The position numbers and the translations under genes are program-made. 64,000 nt of DNA from Octopus sinensis (lineage: Eukaryota). The notes under the pieces are model-generated. The model made no database searches. It saw only the letters and a list, made by a program, of their open reading frames with translations, and was not told where the DNA came from. The stretch is from contig NC_042998.1 of assembly GCF_006345805.1 (NCBI RefSeq), forward strand, positions 45,074,001 through 45,138,000, written 5' to 3'. The number at the start of each line of letters is the position of its first letter. The stretch's first letter is position 1. Below are positions 1 through 11,042 of this stretch, one piece after another.

Positions 1-187
1 TTATCCAGCACCCGGAGTATTTGCAACATCTGGGTGTTCTTTTATTCTTTTATTTGTTTCAGTCATATGATAGTGGCCATGCTGCAGCACCTGTCACATT
101 CCGAGTGAACACTGGTTTCTACCTTGACTGCTGCAATATCATACTTAAAATTTAAATATTCTCTTCTTCTCGAACAGATATCATTAG

Positions 188-430
188 CGTTACAGCAGTA
201 TTGCGTTCCTGGAAATGTCTTAAGAAAGGGTTCCGTAATGCAAGACGTATTTCTCATTGACGTCAAGGGAAAAGGGTTTCGCGTTATCGAATTCCACGTT
301 ACGGGGAAATTATCAGGAACACGGCGTTCCTATAATACCGAGATGCTTGCATTACTGAACTCCTCGTTACAGAAAAATTTTCGGGAACATAACGTTTCCG
401 TGACACGGGGATACCGGCGTTCTTATTTTG
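188..430. promoter_or_regulatory. CpG-retaining unique segment with a CRE palindrome and clustered STAT/GAS-like motifs (putative enhancer or alternative promoter)
   Basis: TGACGTCA at 258-265 and TTCCTGGAA at 206-214, plus variants TTCCGTAA, TTACGGGGAA, TTCCTATAA and TTTCGGGAA. CpG-rich relative to the rest of the window. Motif evidence only. Confidence 0.3.
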
Positions 431-530
431 GCTGTTTGAATCCGTCCACCTGATTCTAGATTAATACAAAGACAGTAAAAGGTTATTTTGTAACGTTGTT
501 GATGTCGATATTGACATTGTTGTTGTTATT

Positions 531-564
<34 letters not shown>

Positions 565-808
565 GTTGTTGTTGTCGAAACAGTCGGCGTCCGTCGTCGT
601 CGTCGACACTGTTGTCATCGTTGATACCAACACTAACTGCTGTTTGTATTATGGATATTATTTGAACATATTAAAATAAATGGTTTTCTCATTGAATTTG
701 AAATATCATTTTGAAACGAATCGTGTATTTGTTCGTTCGTTTGTTCGTTTGTTTGTTTGTTTGTTTGTTTGTTTACTATATTTTGTTTTCTCTTTCTTCT
801 AATTGCAG

Positions 809-889
809 CTTACGTCATGTGATGCTGAAGGATCCAACCAGAGCGTGGGTCGATTCCGTGTAGAAACGGGCGAAAGAGATACAGATGAG
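809..889 (+). CDS. GARNL3: GARNL3-like coding exon (first in window), LTSCDAEGSNQSVGRFRVETGERDTDE
   Basis: Acceptor ttgcag|, donor |gtaaag, 81 nt, phase 0/0. Resembles the GARNL3 N-terminal segment around GRFRVE. Confidence 0.85.
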
Positions 890-2959
890 GTAAAGAGATT
901 TGAAAGCTAAATTAATTGATATTTTCACAAGCATTTTATGCATTGAATATTTTAATAATTGAATTATTCGTGAAATTGTAGAGAGAGAAGAAAGTTGTAA
1001 GTCGAATGTGGGAAGAAATAACATCAGCTGCGACGATGTTTTCATTAAATACACTTTAGTATTTTCATATAAAATAAATATATTCAGATATCCTCTTTAC
1101 ATTCTGAATTTAAATTCTACCCAGGTCAATTTAGCCTCTTTTTTTTTTATATTCCGAGATCGCTAAAGTACAGGAATCCCCCCGCGTTACAGAGGTGACG
1201 ATTTCTGAAAATACTGTTATGACGCGAGAGTCCATAATGTGGAATTAACTTTCACGTTATCAGAAAACTCTTTTAAATAAATAGGGAATGTTTTGTTGCA
1301 AATAGCAAAAAGGAGCAATGTTTTGTTGAAAATATTCTTTGACATTGTACGTTTCTACAGAGGACAAAAATGTTTCTCTGAGCCAGAGATAAATTAAACA
1401 TCCCTCAATCCTTGAAACCTGGGATTTTAAGATTAATACACGACTAGGACTTTGATTTTACATCACCAGTAACACTTCTTTCCAGAAGAAGCGTTAAGCG
1501 ACTTTTGGTCGATTTTTCTTCTCGAGAAATGAAAGTTCCAGAAAAGTGCAACATTATTTTGTTGCTCTGGTGTGTAGTTTAGTTTAACATTTTTCTTTTT
1601 TTTTTCTTTTTTTTTTTTTTTGCTACTCAGGATAATTAATAACAGCCTCTGAATCAACACTCTCAGCTTCACCAGTCATTTTCATGCTGTGCAAATCAAG
1701 CGTTTCTTAAACTTTCCAAGCAGACTTTACTAGCCAGAAATTTTTTTTTTTTTCCATTAGAAGTTTCAACTTCCCTTTGCTGCAAATCGTCATATAAACT
1801 TTTGACTCTTTTTAATTACCAACGTGTTTATCGATATATTACGTCGAGTTTGATCTTTGATCTATACGCTCAAGAGCTGTTCCATTCTAAGCATCACATT
1901 AAATCTTTGAAAACTTAAGGTCCAAGCAGTTAACGCAGTAGCTTCTTGACCACTTGAATTAAATTTCCATTGCCATGTATTTTCACTGAAGACGTTGCAA
2001 GCTTTAATGCTTTTGGCAATGTGGCAAAATTACAGTCTATCCTGAAATTAGTAGTCATACTTTATACTGTCCATAAGCACAAAATCCGATGCCCTGAAGT
2101 AACCGTAAGACAAGTAATGCCTGTATGCACAAATCAAGTACAAAGAGTTGATATAAGTAACCATACCCTCAAAAGTGGGTTTCCCCTCACAGCCATAGTC
2201 CTACGAGGAAAATTAGTAAAAGAATAAACTATATTTTTCAAGAATGTCTGCGTAAGAGACATGAAAATCTCTAACATGAATGCTTAAAAGGTGAGAGGAC
2301 ATTACTTGGTAATCGCTCTCACTGAAAACTGGAACAGTTTAAAAACGAGAGGAGAGGCTAAAGTTTGCTGATAAAGAAATATAAAATCGACAGAGAAACA
2401 TCAGTAGAACTAGATTGGTAGACAGTACCTTCAAATACAGTCATTGTAACCGTTTGGGTGTCTACGGCCAAATCAGACGCTGCTATGCTAATAAGACTGG
2501 AGTGAGGCGTTCTAAGCCAGAACGAGGCGATTGTGTGCAGCTGTTTGAGCGCTGCCAGGACATTTAACTGTTTTGGCGATAGTACTTTTTAGCACTGGAG
2601 GCAAACACGTACGCACATGCACGTGTGTGTCAAAATATATTCCCACAGATAGAGGGCGGGAGTAGAGAGAGAGGCATTACAATCTATTAATTGAACACGA
2701 TTGATATAAATACTTTCTCTCTCTCTTCATACACATCAAGTGATATATGCTCACACTCACAAATACAGAGAGTGGGGAGAGAATGAGAGAAACATTAAAG
2801 TGTTTGATATCAAATAGGCAGTGTCAACACAGCTGTGCCGAAACATCTCACACTCTTTGTAGGCACAGGGCCATGGTCTCACATGTCAAACAAATGCTTT
2901 AAACACTAACGAAGCATAACGTGGGAGAAAAGTGTTAAAAATTCACCAAAATGTAGGAA

Positions 2960-3330
2960 TATCTTTCACCAAAAATGTTTAAGGAAAACCCTGCGAGTTT
3001 CCTACCATGATTATATCAGAAATGAGATCTATAGAAGAAGATTGTCACAAAAACTCCACAACTCGGGAATTGAACAAAGACCATAACCGACAGGTCATGT
3101 CCTGAGAAAGCCAGATTATTGGTATGGGTGGGAGGAGCAACATTAAGAGAGACAGTAACAGGTTGTAACATGTTGAAAAAGATGAGAAAGACCAAGAACC
3201 GTTATGGCATCAAGTCTTTCAGGAAGATCTTAAGCCAGTCAACCGAGAAAACAGAAAAACATGCAAACACTGGAGAACTGTTACCTGGTATGCAAACATG
3301 TGTGGGATGGACTCGCTAATTTACATATTG
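2960..3330 (+). mobile_element. Decayed RTE-clade LINE 3' fragment
   Basis: Translates to IFHQKCLRKTLRVSYHDYIRNEIYRRR...GHVLRK with stops and frameshifts, matching the RTE post-RT C-terminal region. Confidence 0.6.
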
Positions 3331-3417
3331 TTACTCTATAGCAACCACATATAAATTGGTTAAGTCAATAATCTCTAAAGTAGGCAACTGATCCATCCAC
3401 TTGTAGGTAATAGAACT

Positions 3418-3450
<33 letters not shown>

Positions 3451-3534
3451 TATCATCATCATCGTTTAACGTCCGTTTTCCATGCTAGCATGGGTTGGAC
3501 TGCTAGCATCTAGAAGTTATTATTATTCAGTAAA

Positions 3535-3762
3535 ACCTATTTCTTTACTACCCACAAGGGGCTAAACACAGAGAGGACAAACAAGGACAGACAAATGGAT
3601 TAAGTCAATTATATCGACCCCAGTGCGTAACTGGTACTTATTTAATCGACCCCGAAAGGATGAAAGGCAAAGCCAACCTCGGCAGAATTTGAACTCAGAA
3701 CGTAGCGGCAGACGAAATACCACTAAGCATTTCGCCCGGCGTGCTAACGTTTCTGCCAGTTC
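3535..3762 (-). mobile_element. tRNA-type SINE with GCCTTTCATCC...GGGGTCGATAAAATAAGTACCAG central domain
   Basis: Near-identical copies recur at 32460-32830 (two in tandem, -) and 56344-56540 (+). Older copies are scattered at about 31740-32300 and 55760-56270. Confidence 0.8.
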
Positions 3763-5111
3763 AACCAATAAAAAAAGGTACAGGGAACTTGGTGTAGGGA
3801 GTGGAAAAGCCAACGTTTCAGACAGGGTCCTTTTTCAGGGAAAAGTTGAAAGGAAGAGAAATTAATGAGAGGCAGCAGAGTTTTATATCCTCTAAATTAA
3901 AAACAAAAGACTTGTTGCAACTGATAAGGAATGCGGGATCATATGAGCTTCATACATAAATAAGAAGTGGTAGGAGAGAGAGACAATGTGAGAGATGATG
4001 TCATTGCTGCTGATGATGATAATATCGTCGTTGTTGTTCTTGTTGTTGCTTTGTCTCTGTTCAACCATGATTGAGCAGACCTGTAATTAAAAATACAGCA
4101 GCAATAATTATCTCACCACTTTTTTTTCATTCAGATACTGTGTATCTAGAACTATATTCTCCAATTAGATCAATCCTCTTTTTCAGGACAGCTTATTATA
4201 ATATGCAATAGATTTGGTAGTTATTTCTAGCAGGTTGAATGACCATGCAGTGGCTTTCTCATTGGCTTCTTTATCCTAGATGTTGTTATTATCATGACTG
4301 TTGTTGTTGTTGTTGTTTCTTCAAAGCCCTATATCAGCACTGACCAACCAAACCTATAATCAAAGGCATTGCAGCCATAACCATGCCATCTTTTCTAATA
4401 TCCATTAAGCCTCTTTCTTTATTCAGTGAAATGCAATATGTGGAAAATTTGGCTGCTATTTCTAGCAAGTAAAACAACCAAATAGAGGCTCTCACTTTGG
4501 CTCTTGCCACGTGAGACAAGTGTTTGGAAGAAGATATTGGATCCCAAGGAAATCATTTGACAAATATCTGCTGTCATATTGATTATAACTTTTCAACACA
4601 AAGGATATGACATTATCTATTTTGAATATATAAATTTACATAGTCTTTCTGTGAAGATTGTTTATAGTTAAAATTAATGAGAGCATATTATCATAAACTA
4701 GATACATACTGTCTGGAGACTGGTATAAATTTACTGCTTGAAATAATATCTATTTTCATTTAAAGATGCTGATGTGTAATTCATCAGTCTTCGAGTATTA
4801 GTCAACAAAATTGAAAAAGAACATAAAATAAAGCATTGCTTCCAATTCCATTTTTAATGACAGATTGCCATAAAACGTCTGCTGTATCCATCCAGTTTAA
4901 ATATTCAGTTTATTTATTCAGTGCTAACATCTGTCACGAAAGAAATATAATTAATTACTGGTGACCAAGAATTTGAAATATCTTACAACTATTTCTCATT
5001 TCTATTTCTTATTTCAACAAATTGAATTTAATTTTCTTTGTTTTTCTATTTTCAAATTTTATTTATTTCTTTGTTTTTTTTTTTTGTTTTTTTTATCATT
5101 ATTTTCTCTAG

Positions 5112-5208
5112 AACCATCTTCAAATCCCCAGCCCCTTGAATAGCCCAATTCATCTTGAGAATCCAGAATCCCAAACTCGTTGGTATTTCCGTTACTTTTT
5201 GGGAAAAT
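5112..5208 (+). CDS. GARNL3: GARNL3-like exon, NHLQIPSPLNSPIHLENPESQTRWYFRYFLGK
   Basis: Acceptor tctctag|, donor |gtaagt, 97 nt, phase 0/1. Contains the conserved HLENPExxTRWYF motif. Confidence 0.95.
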
Positions 5209-5686
5209 GTAAGTATATTGTATACTTGTATGTATTTAGCTTGCAAGATCTTTGATGTGAACTTTATAGTTAAATAGGTTTTGTATCTTGAGTGGGTGAG
5301 TGTTGTGTAAATGTTTCCATCTGCTAGCTTTTACTTGATTTGGTTATTACACTGGAAGGTATACCTGCTGAAATGTTGCATTAACAGCAAACAAGATGAG
5401 GACAAATATCTGTCAATTGTAAATAGTGTAATTAATGTGTATGTATATATATATTATTTAAAACAGTTTGATTCAGTTCCATGTGACTTAAAGTTGCACA
5501 GGCCTCTAACAAAAGCCCATCTCTTTCAGGTTTTGGATTGCCAAAAGAAGGGCTTCTGTTAGAGGCCTACAAAATTTAAGCTGCATAGAACCAAATCAAA
5601 CTATTTTAGATAATACATGTAACCCCCGCTAAATATGCTAAGTACCCTTTTCTTTCATTTGTCCACTCACTAATTTATATACAGAC

Positions 5687-5741
<55 letters not shown>

Positions 5742-6364
5742 TGTATATACAACAGGCTTCTTTCAGTTTCTTTCCACCAAATGCACTCAAAAAGCATTAG
5801 CCAGCACAGGATTATAGTAGATGACAATTGCCCAAGATGCCACACAATGGGACTGAACTCAAAACCATGTGGTTGGGAAGCAAGCTTCTTACCACACTGT
5901 CATGCTCATTGTTCCATACGATCATAGGCTAAATATCATTGAGGTATTATTTTAACAACCAGATGCCCTTGCTGTCCATAACCTTTACCTGTGTCACAAG
6001 TTTCTTGTTTTCAAAGGTGCAAAGCTAGCAGTTGACTCATCGACATGGAAAACGACAGCAACATAGCCACAATCACAATTTTAAACAAACACTCAGATGC
6101 ACAGAAACTCACACATATGCATAGATACATACATGAATACATACAAGCATATGTACCTTATATAAAGTCCTGAGTATGGCTTCAAACTGTGTCTGCTAGT
6201 GGTGTTCTGGTTCAGGAGATCCAGGGTTTTAAGGAGTGTTCCTATTACTCCTAAATCTACCCTAACCAGGAATAGTACCACCTGTCAGATGCCCAGCTAC
6301 AGATTTGCTATGTGTGATGACATTCCATCTGAGAGTGGAGACAGAAATACACACACACACACAT

Positions 6365-6402
<38 letters not shown>

Positions 6403-6477
6403 ATACACACACACATACACATACTCACATATATGCATGTATGTATACATTTATGTATGTATCTCTTTTACTCTCTC

Positions 6478-6870
6478 TTTTACTTCTTTCAGTTATTTGA
6501 CTGTGGCCATGCTGGAGCACCGCCTTTAGTCGAGCAAATCGACCTCAGGACTTATTCTTTGCAAGCCTAGTACTTATTCTATCAGTCTCTTTTGCCAAAC
6601 TGCTAAGTTACAGGACGTAACACCAGCATTGGTTGTCAAGCGATGTTGGGGGGACAAACAGAACACTAACATATACACACACACATACATATATATATAT
6701 ACACATATATACCACAGGCTTCTTTCAGTTTCTATCTACCAAATCCACTCACAAGGCTTTGGTTGGCCCGAGGCTATAGTAGAAGACACTTGCCCAAGGT
6801 GCCACGCAGTGGGACTGAATCCAGAACCATGTGGTTCATAAGAAAGCTACTCACCACACAGCCACTCCTA
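6478..6870 (-). mobile_element. Abundant tRNA-derived SINE (tail GGTGCTCCAGCATGGCC...TGACTGAAACAAGTAAAAGA)
   Basis: tRNA-like head, internal microsatellite and conserved tail. Further copies or fragments at about 5680-5920, 8905-9215, 17620-18080, 18106-18514, 36070-36290, 45665-46040 and 62955-63375. Confidence 0.85.
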
Positions 6871-7081
6871 CACCTATGTATGTATATATATGTATGTATG
6901 CATGTAAGTATTTAGGTACATGTTTGGTCATGTGGTTAAGAAGTTCACTTTACACCTACAGAGTTTTGGATTCAGTCACACTGCACAGTACCTTTGGCAA
7001 GTGTCTTCTACACTAGCACTGAGCTAATTAGAAAATTGTGTGGAAGCTATTCACGTGTGTGTACATGTGTGTGTATGTATG

Positions 7082-7145
<64 letters not shown>

Positions 7146-7147
7146 TA

Positions 7148-8149
7148 AGAGAAATGTTGTACCTAAGAAGCATCAGTTGTTGCGTGCAAGAGAGACGATT
7201 GCGATGGTATGGTCATGTGGCGAGAATGGATGAAGATAGGTGTGTGAGAAAGTGCCAATCCCTAGCAGTTGAGGGAACCCGTGGAAGAGGTAGACCCAGG
7301 AAAACCTGGGACGAGGTGGTGAAGCACGACCTTCGAACATTAGGTCTCACCATGGAAATGACCAGAGACCGAGACCTATGGAAGTATGCTGTGCGTGAGA
7401 AGACCCGGCAAGACTAGTGAAGCCATAACCCGTGGCCCCTACCTGGGACGTAGTCAGTCCGCCTGTGCATACCTTCCTGCTTGTGACACTTGTGAAGACC
7501 TGTTGAAGCAAATCAAATCAAAGTCAAATCGAATCAAGTCAAACCAAATCAAAATAGATGAACATCAATGGAATTTGTATCCTTGTGGTACCAGTGCCGG
7601 TGGCACATAAGAAAACCATCCGAACGGGACCGTAGCCAGTACCGCATCGACTGGCCTCCGTGCTGTGGGCACGTAACAAACACCGTCCGAGCGTGGCCGT
7701 CTGCCAGCCTCGTCTGGCACCTGTGTCGGTGGCACATAAAAACACCATCCGAGCGTGGCCATCTGCCAGCCTCATCTGGCACCTGTGTCGGTGGCACATA
7801 AAAACACCATCCGAGCGTGGCCGTCTGCCAGCCTCGTCTGGCACCTGTGTCGGTGGCACATAAAAACACCATCCGAGCGTGGCCGTCTGCCAGCCTCGTC
7901 TGGCACCTGTGTCGGTGGCACATAAAAACACCATCCGAGCGTGGCCGTCTGCCAGCCTCGTCTGGCACCTGTGTCGGTGGCACATAAAAACACCGTCCGA
8001 GCGTGGCCGTTAGGAAGGGCATCCAGCTGTAGAAACACTGCCAGATCTGACTGGCCTGGTGCAGCCTTCGGGCTCCCCAGACCCCAGTTGAACCGTCCAA
8101 CCCATGCTAGCATGGAAAGCGGACGTTAAACGATGATGATGATGATGAT
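7148..8149 (+). mobile_element. 5'-truncated RTE-clade LINE: ORF C-terminus, 3' UTR and (GAT)n tail
   Basis: QERRLRWYGHVARMDEDRCVRKC...GRGRPRKTWDEVVKHDLRTLGLT...DRDLW then TAG at 7415-7417. The 3' UTR ends CCAACCCATGCTAGCATGGAAAGCGGACGTTAAAC(GAT)n. Confidence 0.92.
7687..8010 (+). repeat. 62-bp tandem repeat, 5 full copies plus a partial, inside the RTE 3' UTR
   Basis: CCGAGCGTGG recurs at 7687, 7749, 7811, 7873, 7935 and 7997. Units are nearly identical. Confidence 0.95.
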
Positions 8150-9684
8150 ATATATATACAAATATATATATATATATATAAGCAAAATAAAACACTAGTT
8201 CTCTCTAATTAATGAACACAGTAGTTGTAGTAGCTACTCCAACATGGCTGTTGCATTCAAACAGACCTTCTTAACCCCAAGAGGATATCTCTAGCTGGTT
8301 AACAATGCACAGCTGCATCCAATACATTGGAAGCAGGGGAGCAAACCCCTACCACCTTCTAATGACAGGACCAGCAGACCAGCCTGGTTTCAAGCTATTC
8401 CTGCCTCTCTTCAGTACTGGACATGTCATCTGCTAGAGATGGCAATAGCTGACTTCTGCTTGCAATATATGTAAATTCAAGTGACACATACTCGCTGGTT
8501 TAGCAACAAGCAAAAGAAACACTAGTTCTAGAATCTCTTTAAGAGATGAATGCAGTAGTTGTACTAGCAAGTAATGTTCATAGCCACTTCAACATGGCTG
8601 TTCTGTTCAAACAGACTTTACTGTGATTTGTTAGCCCCCCAAGACGACATCTCCTTTAGCTGGTTAACGATGCACAGCTACATCTGGTATATTGCAAGCA
8701 GGGGAGCTTGACCACTAAATCCGCAAGTTTTTTTTATTCTCCCTCTGTTTATTTTCTCTTATTCCTTTCTGCTGAAGAGCATAGGCTCAAAACATAAAAG
8801 ACTTTCTCACTTTCCCGAGTGTTAAACTAACACACCTGCTTGTTGGTCATACACTTGTCTTCATCTTTTGTTTTTCTGTAAATTTTAGTTATATATTTGT
8901 GGTACCTTGGGCAAGTGTCTTCTACTATAGCCTCAAGCCAACCAAAGCCTTGTGAGTGGATTTGGTAGACGGAAACTGAAAGAAGCCCGTTGTATATATA
9001 TATATGTGTATGTTTGTGTGTCTGTGTTTGTCCTCCTAACATCGCTTGACAACCGATGCTGGTGTGTTTACGTCCCTGTAACTTAGTGGTTCGGCAAGAG
9101 AGAACGATAGAATAAGTACTTGGCTTACAAAGAATAAGTTCTGGGGTCGATTGGCTCAACTAAAGGCAGTGCTCCAGCATGGCCACAGTCAAATGACTGA
9201 AACAAGTAAAAGAGTATATATATATATATATACATAGCAGTATAGCCCAGACCTATAAGGAGTCATACAAGAATACTGAACTTAAAATCATGTGGTTTTA
9301 ACGTCTCAACCATATAGACATACCCACACCAAATACTAACTTTTATATCTATTTGTGGGGGTGGGGGGTCTGTGCTTTTTGTTGTTGCTTTTTTTTTTTT
9401 TTGTTCAAGAAAACCCAACCAAGTATTTCTTTTATGAAAGGATTATGTGAAAAATAGCATTTGTTATGAATATAACTATTGGTAGCATGCTTAATCTACA
9501 GCCATATGGATCCTCATGATATATGAAACCTGTGGTTATTTTTCATCTAGAGCATAAGAGTATTATGAAATTCATCTAATTTATTTTGGTTTCTTTTTAT
9601 TTTGTTTTGTTCTTGTTTTTTTTCTTCTCTGTATAAACATTCATCTTTGTCAATGAATTTGTGTAAGTGTGCATTCGTATATAT

Positions 9685-10047
9685 GTAATATGTAAGAGCA
9701 AGCTTGCTTCATCTATGTGGATGTGTATGTGTGTGTATGTGTACGTGTGTTTGTGTGTGTGTAAATGTGAGAGCAAACTTGTTTCTGTTTGTGTGTGTGT
9801 TTGTGTGTGTGTAAATGTGAGAGCAAACTTGTTTCTGTTTGTGTGTGTGTTTGTATTGTGTGTGTGTGCGCATAAATGTCAGAGCAAGCTTGCTTCTGTT
9901 TGTGTGTGTATGTGTAAATGTGAGAGCAAACTTGTTTCTATTTGTGTGTGTTTGTATTGTGTGTATGTGTATGTGTGTTCGTGCATTTGTGTTGTGTGTG
10001 TGTGTATGTGTGTAAATGTGAGAGCAAGTTTGCTTCTGTTTGTCTGA
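9685..10047. repeat. Minisatellite of about 6 units (GTAAATGTGAGAGCAAACTTGTTTCTGTTT) embedded in (GT)n
   Basis: Motif recurs every 45-60 nt or more, separated by GT tracts of variable length. Confidence 0.8.
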
Positions 10048-10081
<34 letters not shown>

Positions 10082-10743
10082 GTGCATTTTATGTGCGCTT
10101 CCATGGTTGATTTTTGTGTAGTTTTGCGTTCGTTATGTGAGAACAAAATAATAAATTCCACAAATGTGTATCAGTGCATATGTATACATGTTGTAGTAAT
10201 CACCTGATGTGTCTCCATGAATGAATGCAGCTAAAAATTTATGTTTAATATATAATAAATGTTTATTGCATGAATTTGTGTATTTAGGAAAATATATTTC
10301 ATTTCAATGCATGTATGTGGAGAAAGAAAGAAAGAAAGGAGGAGAGAGACAGAGAGAAATGGAAGATATATTTGCATTTATGATTATCTGTTCAGATATG
10401 TTTGTGCACGTGTGTGTGTATATACATATATATATACACACACATATATATACATATACATGCACAAACACACACACACGTACACACACACACATACACA
10501 CACATATATGTGTGAGCATATGCATGTCTATGAGTTTTTATGATTATGAAAATGTATTTGAATGCATGTGTATGTGTGTGTGTGTATATGCATGCATGTG
10601 TGTGTGTGTATGGAGAGAAAGAGAAAGAGAAAGAGAGGGAGAGAGAGAGAGGAGATATGTTTGTATACGTAATTGTATATTCTTTAGCAATGCGTGTGTG
10701 TGTATATGTTTGTTTGAGAGAGAAAAACAAATAAAGAGCAATT

Positions 10744-10775
<32 letters not shown>

Positions 10776-10793
10776 ATATATAATATATATATA

Positions 10794-10824
<31 letters not shown>

Positions 10825-10923
10825 AACAAAATAATGAGTATATGCTGCTTTCAGAATGTTATCAAATTTTTCTTGGTTTTTATTCATGATTTAAATATTT
10901 TATATCTGAATTCCATTATACAG

Positions 10924-11042
10924 TACATCAGAATTATGTTGGAGCTGATGCTGAAAAAGAGCCCTTCGTTTTATCTGTTGTTGTCACAGATGCCAACAAC
11001 CTCAATGTCCCACAGTATAGAACAATTTTGTGGAGAAAAACA
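10924..11042 (+). CDS. GARNL3: GARNL3-like exon, (L)HQNYVGADAEKEPFVLSVVVTDANNLNVPQYRTILWRKT
   Basis: Acceptor atacag|, donor |gtaagt, 119 nt, phase 1/0. HQNY and VPQYRxILWRKT motifs. Confidence 0.95.

Noticed and set aside
124-453. 109-codon ORF near the start of the window as the first exon of the gene
   Set aside because: It begins at TTG, ends in a stop before any convincing donor, and shows no similarity to the expected upstream motif (HYGSVEL-like).
7539-8129. Overlapping repetitive ORFs on both strands
   Set aside because: They are by-products of the GC-rich 62-bp tandem repeat in a LINE 3' UTR.
9667-10823. Many HT, VC, YI and ER-rich ORFs here and at about 23831-24298, 30000-30611, 33104-33954, 39724-41735, 47207-47932, 49567-50276 and 57938-59482
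   Set aside because: All are frames through CA, TA, GA or tetranucleotide microsatellites.
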